Assembly: GCA_964391805.1 (NCBI GenBank)
Contig: CAYMNK010000005.1
Coordinates: forward strand, 96,979 to 160,978
Reading direction: 5' to 3'
DNA from: an uncultured Christensenellaceae bacterium
GTDB taxonomy: Bacteria; Bacillota; Clostridia; Christensenellales; CAG-1252
DNA length: 64,000 bases
Under the pieces are notes generated by a model. That model saw only the letters and a list, made by a program, of their open reading frames with translations. It was not told where the DNA came from and did no database searches. Each line of letters opens with the position of its first letter. Positions within the stretch are counted from its first letter, which is position 1. The position numbers were made by a program, and so were the translations under genes. This document shows, piece by piece, positions 43,812 through 52,947 of this stretch.

Positions 43812-44068
43812 TTGGATTAGATACCTACGCTATGCGTCGCCCTACGAGTTCGACTTCGGTCTATCGACCTTCGCTGTAGGGGCCGATTAGTAATCGCCCT
43901 ATCCTTGTTAAGGCAAGCGATAACGTCCCCATATGTTATTCCAAGCGTAGAAAACTACGATAAGATGACACATATATTTATCCGCAATTTTGCGATAGCA
44001 ATACATCATTTGCCGAATAGGCAAACTTCATTCATCATTATGCGTAGCAGAACATCATTTGCAATAAC
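43812..44068 (+). repeat. Intergenic mosaic repeat locus R8: a truncated unit, an inverted twin-hairpin fragment, an inverted linker and a full module E abutting the DUF4349 gene stop
   Basis: ggattagatacctacgctatgcgtcgccctacgagttcgacttcggtctatcgaccttcgct is followed by gtaggggccgattagtaatcgccc. Module E (43965-44068) has ttgc-gata-gcaa, tttgcc-gaata-ggcaaa and tgc-gta-gca. Confidence 0.88.
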
Positions 44069-44069
44069 G

Positions 44070-44978
44070 TTACTCTTTATTGTCGGCTGAGGAATCTTCA
44101 GCGTCGGCTTCGTTTTTTGACTCGGATTCGAGTGCTTTACGCTTGCTCGTTGGAACAATTTCTCCGTTCTTAATCTTCTTATGTCTCTTGACAAGATATA
44201 CGATTAAAATAGTTATTCCACCGATTACAATGATAAACGGAAGTGCAGTCAATAAGAATATCGTCAATGCTTCGGCAAATTTAAGTCCGCCTTCCATCGA
44301 TTCTAATAGTTTAGAACCGAACGTCTCCTTTTGTACGACAGTCTTCGTGTACATGTTGACGGTAACTGTGCTATAATCGACCAAACTATCGTACTTTTTG
44401 AGAATGCCGTCAATTTCCTTCAATTCAGTTTCTATTTCGCTGAGCCTTGTATTTATGGTAATTATCTCGCTTACGGTTGCATCTGTCATAAGTGAAATGA
44501 GTCTCGATTGTTCTGACTCTAAGGTTGCCTTACGAACGGTATTATTGTAGTACGTCAACGAAACATCTTTAGATGAAATAGATGTAGACGATACCTCGCC
44601 TATACCTTCGAGGTCATTCAAAAATGCATCTAATCTCGACGATTTGATTCTAAATACAAACGTTGCATAAGTGCTTTCAACGGAGGACGATTCAATCCAT
44701 TCATCGGCATTAATTTTACCTTTTATGGTATTACTTGCTTCTTTGATGTTATCAACGGTCAATCGCGTACTTGCCGTATAGATTATTTTACGGTCTGGAG
44801 CTACATCGGTGCTTTCGGACTCATCACTAATATAATCCTTACTTTCGGACGAAGGATCATATCCGTCCGCTTTATATTCATAATCTCCGGGATAATAATC
44901 AGAACCCGAACTACATCCTACCAAAACTAAGGTCAACAGTAAAACAACAACTAACACAATACACAGTTTCTTTTTCAT
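44070..44978 (-). CDS. DUF4349-like lipoprotein with a C-terminal TM anchor
   Basis: Lipobox LVGC. The segment DRKIIYTASTRLTVDNIKEA is typical of DUF4349. It also has a coiled-coil region and a C-terminal TM helix. Confidence 0.7.
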   Translation of the reverse strand: MKKKLCIVLVVVLLLTLVLVGCSSGSDYYPGDYEYKADGYDPSSESKDYISDESESTDVAPDRKIIYTASTRLTVDNIKEASNTIKGKINADEWIESSSVESTYATFVFRIKSSRLDAFLNDLEGIGEVSSTSISSKDVSLTYYNNTVRKATLESEQSRLISLMTDATVSEIITINTRLSEIETELKEIDGILKKYDSLVDYSTVTVNMYTKTVVQKETFGSKLLESMEGGLKFAEALTIFLLTALPFIIVIGGITILIVYLVKRHKKIKNGEIVPTSKRKALESESKNEADAEDSSADNKE

Positions 44979-44988
44979 AATAATCTCC

Positions 44989-45528
44989 TTATGACTTTGC
45001 CTTTTCGGCTACATATCTCATGATAGCGTAGACAGTTTTTCCGTCTTTAATCAACCCATCAAGAATTTTTATATATGCCTCTTGTATAGGCATTTTAATT
45101 ACATCTAAAAATTCGCCTTCATCTAAATGACGCTCGCCCTTGTGTTCTACATGCGCTTTATACACATAAATCTTTTCGTTTGTGTATCCGGGAGTAGGAT
45201 ATATGATGCCGTAGGGCGTAACTTCATCGACAATCAAACCTGTTTCTTCCGATAATTCTCGAATAGCCGTTCGGGAAGGGGCCTCGCCCTTCTCTATTTT
45301 CCCGGCAGGAATTTCGAGAATTTCTTCACGATAAACATATCTATATTGACTGACAAGATATATATTTTCATCATTATCTACAGCCAAAATTGCAGAACCG
45401 CCGTTATGACAAACATACTCGCGTTTAGCCTCACTTCCATCGGGTAAAGAAACGCTATCAAGTCTCAAATCAAGTATTTTACCCTCGTAAAGAAGGTGTG
45501 AAGACAACTGTTTTTCTTCCTTATTCAT
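44989..45528 (-). CDS. NUDIX hydrolase (ADP-ribose pyrophosphatase type)
   Basis: Nudix box GKIEKGEAPSRTAIRELSEETG. The start overlaps the folD stop. Confidence 0.85.
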   Translation of the reverse strand: MNKEEKQLSSHLLYEGKILDLRLDSVSLPDGSEAKREYVCHNGGSAILAVDNDENIYLVSQYRYVYREEILEIPAGKIEKGEAPSRTAIRELSEETGLIVDEVTPYGIIYPTPGYTNEKIYVYKAHVEHKGERHLDEGEFLDVIKMPIQEAYIKILDGLIKDGKTVYAIMRYVAEKAKS

Positions 45529-46375
45529 CTCTTTTTCTCAAATCGTGTGCAAGTAATGTATTTTGAAGAAGCATGGCGATAGTCATAGGTCCGACTCCGC
45601 CGGGTACGGGGGTAATATACGATGCTTTTGGCGCAACCGAATCAAAATCAACATCACCCTTCAAGCCATTCTCCGTCCTCGTGATACCGACATCGACGAT
45701 AACTGCGCCGTCTTTGACCATATCGGCAGTTAATAAGCCTTGTTTACCGACAGCAACGGCTACTATATCGGCAGAACGTGTATATTCACCGATATTCGGC
45801 GTGCGTGAGTGGCATACGGTTACAGTTGCATTCTCGTCCAAGAAAAGTTCAAACAACGGCTTACCGACCAAAATAGAGCGCCCCACAACGACAACTTTTT
45901 TACCCGAAATCTCTATTCCGTATTCTTTAAGCAGTCTAATTACACCCGATGGGGTACAAGGCACTAACTGCTTTTTACCGCCATATAGCCTGCCTTGTTG
46001 AGAATAGGTCAAGCCGTCCACATCCTTAAGGGGCGAAATATGATTAATTATCTTATTTTCATTGAATCCCTTGGGAAGCGGTAATTGTAATAAAATACCG
46101 TCAACTGTGTCATCTACATTTAAGCGTTCGATCTCGGAGATAATCTCGTCTTCACCTACTGTAGCAGGCATTCTTATTGTCAGTGATTGGATACCTGCTT
46201 TTTGGCAAGCCTTGATCTTATTATTGACATAAACTTGACTGGCGGGATCATCACCCACCAAAATAACAGCAAGTGTCAACGAAAAATCAAAGTTTGATTG
46301 TTTTCTTCTCTCGATTTCCTCTTTTAGTTCGCTCCTAACCTTGAGCGCAGTCGCTTTTCCGTCTAAAATAATCAT
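45521..46375 (-). CDS. folD: bifunctional 5,10-methylenetetrahydrofolate dehydrogenase/cyclohydrolase
   Basis: ILVGDDPASQVYV, LLQLPLP, PCTP, VVVGRSILVGKP and TPVPGGVGPMT motifs. Confidence 0.95.
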   Translation of the reverse strand: MIILDGKATALKVRSELKEEIERRKQSNFDFSLTLAVILVGDDPASQVYVNNKIKACQKAGIQSLTIRMPATVGEDEIISEIERLNVDDTVDGILLQLPLPKGFNENKIINHISPLKDVDGLTYSQQGRLYGGKKQLVPCTPSGVIRLLKEYGIEISGKKVVVVGRSILVGKPLFELFLDENATVTVCHSRTPNIGEYTRSADIVAVAVGKQGLLTADMVKDGAVIVDVGITRTENGLKGDVDFDSVAPKASYITPVPGGVGPMTIAMLLQNTLLAHDLRKRDE

Positions 46376-46392
46376 AATAATTACTCCGCTAT

Positions 46393-49300
46393 TTATTCTT
46401 GTGACTCGTCGCGTGATTTGATAATCAGGGTATATGTATCATTGATAATGGTATAGTTTTTGTCAAGTGACACCACTTTGACGGTATAATTACCTACAGA
46501 CTCGGGATAGGTCACTTTATTGCCTAAAGTGTCAAATATTTCTATTGTCGCATCGAAGTCGTACTCATTTACAATTGTTAATGCAAGCGATGAACCTTCG
46601 TAAACCTCGTATATCGAGGAAGATATAAAAATAGCCCTATCGCCGTTAAGTATGGTGAGTTTATCTATATTTCGCGGTAAAACAGTTAAGGGCAATTCTA
46701 TAGTGATAGCCTCGTTAATTCCGTCTTTGGTCAATACAAACTTTGAATCATTAATACCGATAGAAAGGGTATAATTACCTACTGCAAGGATGCTACCGCT
46801 ACTTATAACGGCACCGTTTTCATCGAGCATTTTAAGTGATATGTTTTTAGAGTCGAGTAAGCTCGCAACCTTTGTTGCAACTTGATTATCAACGAGATAC
46901 TTGATAACGGTATATTCGGCATCGAATTCAATTGAAAGATTCACCTTGCTCAAATCAAAATCATCACTCGAGAGCATAACGGGCTTATCGGTTTGACAAT
47001 CGATCGATACGCTACCGACATTACCTATATATTCTCTACCGTTCCAAATTTTCAAATACATCTTTTGATTAAAAATAAAGTCAAATGCAAGAGTCGTAAA
47101 ATTTTTATGAGCAACTAACGTCTTGACGACTTTAACTCCGTTTTGATAATAGGAATATGTTATATTAAGACTATCCACGTTGATAATCAGTTCTTTCCAA
47201 GCAAGGTTTGCTTGATATACGTTTGCCGTATTGGAAAACGATGTAAATCCCTTATCTACAGAATAAATAATTCCGCCGGCAACGTATTGTCCTATCACAT
47301 CATTATCGATGGTGATCGATTCCAATGTGTTTTGAATAGAATACACCGAATATCCGTTCTTTAATTGATATCCACCCGCATCGTTACCGACTAAAATATC
47401 AACATCCTTAGCAATCAGTCCGCCGTTAAAGTCAGCCGACATATCGGTTATATCGTATTTAAGTGTCATATAATATAGATAATCGTCATCGATAAATTTA
47501 ACTTTAACTGCCTTATGCGCTATAGTTCTACCATTCTCGATAACTATATTTTCGCCAAAGGGTGAATCGTCAAATACATTGACGTCTATTCGCATTAGGG
47601 ACACGCCGTCAATATATACAAGTTCGATAATTCTACGGCTAACTGTGACTGCGCACGGTATTTCTATATTTCCGAATACCGTTTTTATTATCGCTTGAAC
47701 TTGCCCGCTTGCACCTAAATAAAGGGTTGTATCGGCAAATGTCTCAACATTCCATCCGTCAAGACGCGCTACTGTTTTGACTCCGTTAATATAGAATGAT
47801 ACCTTGTTAGGATAGCATTTTGAATCGGTAGCATCGGCAAGATAAGGATCGATTGTAATATTTGTCCCCGATGCAGTCATCGAATTAATTTCCGACATCG
47901 AATTATTAACGGACGAATTTGCTAAAGGTAAAAATCCGTCGAAGGATAGCGACTCTAAAGGCGAGCCCTCTATAGAAAGAGTCAATGCCGAACAAATAAT
48001 GTTACCTACTTTGGCGGTGAGAGATATCCTACCGCTAACCTCGTTTACCGCTACACCTTTAGCCATTTCGGTGCGATATAATGTAGCTATATCTTCTAAG
48101 CCTATCCATTCGGTGATATCGAACCAACTATTGACGGTATTGGTATCGGCATATTCAAAATATAACTTACCTAAACAACCGTCATTATCACATCCGCAAA
48201 TAAGGCTATGCAAGAATGTAGAATCGGTCAAATTATTGACAATCAAATTGCCATTAGAATCGGTATCGAGCAATTTTACGCTTATTACCTTTGTCTTTAC
48301 TAAATTCGTTTCGGGTTCGTCAACATTGCCTAAGACAGGATTACCGTTCGAGTCGAACACAAAATAGTAATCGTCGGGGTCCTTGCTCGAAATCCACAAA
48401 CGAATATCACTAAGTTTTTGAGCGAGCGGAATATATACCGAGACCTTCTCATAATAACCAAGTGACGCAACATCGACGGTCGATAACGCAGATATATCCC
48501 AACTGATTGGTAAGTCAAAATAGATGCTCTCTCCGTTAGAATCGGTTATGCCCTTAAAGGAAACGCGTGCGAAAGATGGATAACTGTCATAGCACATATA
48601 ATTCGTTCTGTTGGGATCGATAGTAAGACTGTATTCGCTGTCTCCTTCCGCTAATTTATAATAAACAAAACCTTCTACTCCGTTCTCTATTCGATAATGT
48701 TTGAGCGCCCTATGCGATTCATCTGCTAAAACGAAATGTCCGTCTACTAAAACATAGGTTCCGTTACTATCCTCAACATAGGTTGGAGTGGTCAATATAG
48801 GTGAAGTCGGTTCGGACGGATTACCATCGGAATCTAACAAAGTCCATTCGTCTACAATCGCCTTGACAAAGGATATGTTTAATTCGATATGCTTATCAGC
48901 AACCGCTATCACACCGCCATAAACGAATTGTTCTCCTCTATACCAAATTTCTTTATCGTTATAAGACTTGAGATTCCAATCGATATTACGAATGACCGCA
49001 CTCGATGCGGGATAATCGAAGTGTGCCTCGCCCACCGTAAGCGTGTATGCCTCATAATCCATAACCACGCTGTCGGGAATAGCAAAATCATAGGGGTTTT
49101 TGTTCAATAATTCGAACTTGATGTTTGTTCCTATTTCATTCTCGGTTGCTACTACCGTCGATCCGCTATAAAGTGTTATTGCGGTCAAATCGTAGTTTTT
49201 AAATATATAGGTGTAATTGAATGTTTGGTATCCGCCTATATCATCACCTACAATAAGAGATATTTTACCGCTTATCGGTTCCACAGAATATAGAGGAATG

Positions 49301-52300
49301 TTTTTCACTACCGGAATATCCCATTTAACTGCACGCTCTGTATGCGCTCCATCGGCGTAAATCAATTCAACTTCATTGGCTATAACCGTATCTGAACCCA
49401 ACGCTGAAACCTTTAGTTGGTCGAAAAGCAATATACCGTCACCGATTATCTCGATGCCGTCATTCAAGCCGATAAGTTCGGTATCGTCTATAATGCGGTT
49501 AGTGATAGTGATTATTGCCTTTAATTCGGTCTGCACGCCTAATGAATTGGTTATATATGCAGTAATTTCGTACGCTCCGTCAATGCTGAATAATTTGTCC
49601 TTCATTGCGGATACAAGCTGTGCATCGGTAAGAAGGATGTCATCCACCTTAACTGATCTATTGTGAATAGATTCGGTATTCCAAGACAATTCCGCCTTAA
49701 AACGCTTCCCGCCCTTGGTTAACACATAAGTTTCGTTGCGAGAATATGTTTCACCGTTAAACGGATCGAATCCACCATAAGCATATATTTCTAAGAAGTT
49801 CTCTGCATTTTCTATTTTATCGATATCGGTATTATCAAGTTTAAGAGTATACACACAGGAACTAAGCTCGATGGGTTCACCGAAAAAGCCTATAACGCTC
49901 GGAATTATTTTGAATTCGGCGCCCGAGGTAAATACAGCTTCATCGATCGGTTTACCGCCATATGTCCAAATAACGGGCTTATTGATATAATGCACACCTA
50001 TCGTCATTCCAATGTTTTGGAATTGTTCCATCAACGCTTTAATTGGATCGACAGCACTGTTATACCCCTCAAATGTGAAGGTTTTAATTGCGTTATCGAT
50101 ATATTCGAGGTATTCCGCAGGAGCATTGATCGAATAATCGGTAGCATCGGTAAAATCAACCGAAATGGTCTCAGTTACACGTTGTCCGAATACTTCTATA
50201 TATGCGTTTACTTCACGAATTCCCGAACCTAACGAAGGTACATTATCACAATGCCATCCGCCGATGTCGGATACGTCGATAACGAGAGTTGACGATTGTT
50301 TGCCGTTCATTTCTACGGTAACCGTATCAGATAGGTCATTAACATCAAATATGGATACGGTACGACCGCTATGGTCACCCAATTCCTTAGTTTTGACGGA
50401 TAAATCGTAGTTTTCGAGTGCGATATCGTCAATAATCAAGTCAATACGCTTATTCTTAGCAAATAACGTGCTGAATTTCGTATTCTTACCGACCGATAAA
50501 GTAAAAGTATCTACCGCAAAATCGATTGGCAATTCCTTTATACTCATATCGGGTATTAATTTAGATAAAAAGGATATTATTTCATTGAACCCCTCGTGTC
50601 CTGCCGACAAAACTAAGCCGTTTGCATCGTTGCGCAATACTAAGGACGAATCGGTAGATACCAATGCATTACCGTTAATATCACCCAAAAATGCGGAATA
50701 TCTACCGCTTTCACGTAATTCTAACGATAAAATCTTATTGATACCGTTTTGCTCGGGATAAACCACATAGATCATATCGGAAGCCGACTTATAATAAATC
50801 GAGCACACAAATGACTCTGCCGAATCATAGAAGGATAACTTAAAGATATCAAGAGCACCATCTGGAGTGTAATTGCATTCCGCTATAAAATCGGTTATTT
50901 CACCATCAATGCTAACTTCGGTTCCGCTGAGGCTCGTAATCAAGCTCGATACAAGTTCGGCATTGGTAAGATTGGAAATATTAGTTTCAATTCTACCCTT
51001 AATAACAGGAGTAAGAGTGGCAGAATCACTCCAAGATTTGCATTTATCGGTCCATTCAGGGGTAGAGAGAGAAACTTCATAACCCACCGAAGGAGAAGAT
51101 GCAGATACTTTAAAAGTTAGACCTTCGCCGAATAACAAAAGAGATAACGACTTAAAAAGGTTGTTTGAAGTGTCTGCAGTGACGGTTGCCTTACTGTAGT
51201 TATAGACAAAGTCAATACCCAACCTACTCTTGATAAGCTCGAGTGCGTCGCTATCGATATCGAGAACGGTACTGTCTTTATCGATATTCAATCCGTCCAA
51301 AAACGCAGCAATGAGATAGGCTTTACGCACATTGTCGATGTCCGCAGGCTCGGAAAGTATAGATAAAATACTAAGTTTATCCTCAATATAATCTTTATCA
51401 AAAGAATAATAGTTCGATTCTCCTAAGAGTGCAGAAGCATCGATAAAATATTTTTCTCCGTTATAATAAACGGATATGCCTTTACCGCTATTAAGAACAT
51501 TATCGAGGGATAGAGAAAAACTGAGTTTGCCGTCGGCATAATTCGACTTTAAAGAATAATTCGAAGTGTATGAGTTATCGGTGAACTTGGTTGCTATACT
51601 CGAACCAAATATCTCGTTAACAACATCGGTACGGTCAAAATCAAGTTCAATGGCACCCGAGATGTCATAATTTCTAAAGTCAAAATGTCTGTATGATGAC
51701 AAGTTGTCGGCAAGTAAAACATTATATTCGCTTGAGAATTCCTCCGTAAACTCTGTCGCGGTAAAACTATTGAGCGCAATAGAGTCAGTTACAGTACCCT
51801 CAATAGATTGGTAACAAGCATTCTTAAAGTAATAATAGTCCGCCCCACCGCGTGTATTGTACAACTCAAAGGTAACGTTTGCATCCGATTCACTAAGTTT
51901 ATTAATATCAGCTTTGGTCAAATTCAATGCACCCAAAAACATATCCGCATCGATACCTAAATCGGCGGTAAATAATACATTTTCCAATGCAGAATAAACT
52001 AAAGAAAAGTCAAGAGTGCAGGTATATTGGAAGTGATTGATACAATTACAATTATCATCATCACAACTATCTAAAACAACTTTTTTACAGTCGGTGAAAA
52101 TATAATTGCTCAATATGGGAATTAATTCTATTACATCACTGACCTTTCCTTCATGAATGTTACTTTGATTCAAGGTGTTAGCTAAATTGCCAAGATTAAA
52201 TCCCGTGATAGCAACCTTGTTGAATATCGGTGGATAATCGATATATAAGGTTCCGTTCGAATAGTACAATGAAAATAGACTTCCGCCGTTTTCCTCTCTA

Positions 52301-52638
52301 ACGATGAAAGATGCAACACTCTTGGTGTCCGAAGAAAGGTTTTCGGAATCGATATATATTTTGGCGGAAAAATCGTAAAGCGTAGCAGGGGAATTGATGG
52401 TTAATTCACTATTTGTGCTCTTGTTTTCCCCACTAAAAGCAACATAAATGCCCTCTGTTGCACCGTCGGTCGTGCATGAGTGAAGCATCGCAGTATATAT
52501 CTCGTCTATAGCATCGGCAACAACCATAGTTCCGTCGTCGTTTATGGTAATATCGGGCGGAGTGGTCCTACAAGCGGTAAAAACAAGCATTACCGATAAT
52601 AATAGTATAAACGATATAATCAATAACTTTTTCTTCAT
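46393..52638 (-). CDS. giant lipoprotein of unknown function (2081 aa from ATG 52638)
   Basis: GGAGG RBS 4 nt upstream of ATG 52638. Signal peptide with lipobox FTAC. The frame is uninterrupted and beta-rich (Thr/Ser/Asn/Ile/Val). I recognise no domain. It ends 17 nt upstream of folD. Confidence 0.8.
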   Translation of the reverse strand: MKKKLLIISFILLLSVMLVFTACRTTPPDITINDDGTMVVADAIDEIYTAMLHSCTTDGATEGIYVAFSGENKSTNSELTINSPATLYDFSAKIYIDSENLSSDTKSVASFIVREENGGSLFSLYYSNGTLYIDYPPIFNKVAITGFNLGNLANTLNQSNIHEGKVSDVIELIPILSNYIFTDCKKVVLDSCDDDNCNCINHFQYTCTLDFSLVYSALENVLFTADLGIDADMFLGALNLTKADINKLSESDANVTFELYNTRGGADYYYFKNACYQSIEGTVTDSIALNSFTATEFTEEFSSEYNVLLADNLSSYRHFDFRNYDISGAIELDFDRTDVVNEIFGSSIATKFTDNSYTSNYSLKSNYADGKLSFSLSLDNVLNSGKGISVYYNGEKYFIDASALLGESNYYSFDKDYIEDKLSILSILSEPADIDNVRKAYLIAAFLDGLNIDKDSTVLDIDSDALELIKSRLGIDFVYNYSKATVTADTSNNLFKSLSLLLFGEGLTFKVSASSPSVGYEVSLSTPEWTDKCKSWSDSATLTPVIKGRIETNISNLTNAELVSSLITSLSGTEVSIDGEITDFIAECNYTPDGALDIFKLSFYDSAESFVCSIYYKSASDMIYVVYPEQNGINKILSLELRESGRYSAFLGDINGNALVSTDSSLVLRNDANGLVLSAGHEGFNEIISFLSKLIPDMSIKELPIDFAVDTFTLSVGKNTKFSTLFAKNKRIDLIIDDIALENYDLSVKTKELGDHSGRTVSIFDVNDLSDTVTVEMNGKQSSTLVIDVSDIGGWHCDNVPSLGSGIREVNAYIEVFGQRVTETISVDFTDATDYSINAPAEYLEYIDNAIKTFTFEGYNSAVDPIKALMEQFQNIGMTIGVHYINKPVIWTYGGKPIDEAVFTSGAEFKIIPSVIGFFGEPIELSSCVYTLKLDNTDIDKIENAENFLEIYAYGGFDPFNGETYSRNETYVLTKGGKRFKAELSWNTESIHNRSVKVDDILLTDAQLVSAMKDKLFSIDGAYEITAYITNSLGVQTELKAIITITNRIIDDTELIGLNDGIEIIGDGILLFDQLKVSALGSDTVIANEVELIYADGAHTERAVKWDIPVVKNIPLYSVEPISGKISLIVGDDIGGYQTFNYTYIFKNYDLTAITLYSGSTVVATENEIGTNIKFELLNKNPYDFAIPDSVVMDYEAYTLTVGEAHFDYPASSAVIRNIDWNLKSYNDKEIWYRGEQFVYGGVIAVADKHIELNISFVKAIVDEWTLLDSDGNPSEPTSPILTTPTYVEDSNGTYVLVDGHFVLADESHRALKHYRIENGVEGFVYYKLAEGDSEYSLTIDPNRTNYMCYDSYPSFARVSFKGITDSNGESIYFDLPISWDISALSTVDVASLGYYEKVSVYIPLAQKLSDIRLWISSKDPDDYYFVFDSNGNPVLGNVDEPETNLVKTKVISVKLLDTDSNGNLIVNNLTDSTFLHSLICGCDNDGCLGKLYFEYADTNTVNSWFDITEWIGLEDIATLYRTEMAKGVAVNEVSGRISLTAKVGNIICSALTLSIEGSPLESLSFDGFLPLANSSVNNSMSEINSMTASGTNITIDPYLADATDSKCYPNKVSFYINGVKTVARLDGWNVETFADTTLYLGASGQVQAIIKTVFGNIEIPCAVTVSRRIIELVYIDGVSLMRIDVNVFDDSPFGENIVIENGRTIAHKAVKVKFIDDDYLYYMTLKYDITDMSADFNGGLIAKDVDILVGNDAGGYQLKNGYSVYSIQNTLESITIDNDVIGQYVAGGIIYSVDKGFTSFSNTANVYQANLAWKELIINVDSLNITYSYYQNGVKVVKTLVAHKNFTTLAFDFIFNQKMYLKIWNGREYIGNVGSVSIDCQTDKPVMLSSDDFDLSKVNLSIEFDAEYTVIKYLVDNQVATKVASLLDSKNISLKMLDENGAVISSGSILAVGNYTLSIGINDSKFVLTKDGINEAITIELPLTVLPRNIDKLTILNGDRAIFISSSIYEVYEGSSLALTIVNEYDFDATIEIFDTLGNKVTYPESVGNYTVKVVSLDKNYTIINDTYTLIIKSRDESQE

Positions 52639-52796
52639 ATTTCCTCCGACTAATAAGTAAACTCTCAAAAGTACTTATCACTATTAGTTTACAACTATAA
52701 GTATAGCGGTGTCAATATAATATTTTTTAATATTACGCGTACGCGAAAGAAAAGATTGCATTTTTTAAAGCAGTTTTTTGCATTATATCAGCTTTT

Positions 52797-52885
52797 ATGA
52801 TTTGGATTAAGATACTGCAAGGCAAGCCTTGCACTGCTTCGCAGTTCGACTTCGCCAAGGGTGCGATTAGTAATATTTTGTTGTT
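52797..52885 (+). repeat. Intergenic mosaic repeat locus R9: a truncated unit fused to an inverted twin-hairpin fragment
   Basis: ttttatgatttggattaagatactgcaaggcaagccttgcactgcttcgcagttcgacttcgcc is followed by aagggtgcgattagtaatattttgttgtt. The first 60 nt are identical to 55815-55874. Confidence 0.88.
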
Positions 52886-52947
52886 GTTTTCGTAAAAAGT
52901 ATGTGCAATACTTTTCAATTTTGATATTAAATAAAACGAGAAAGCTC

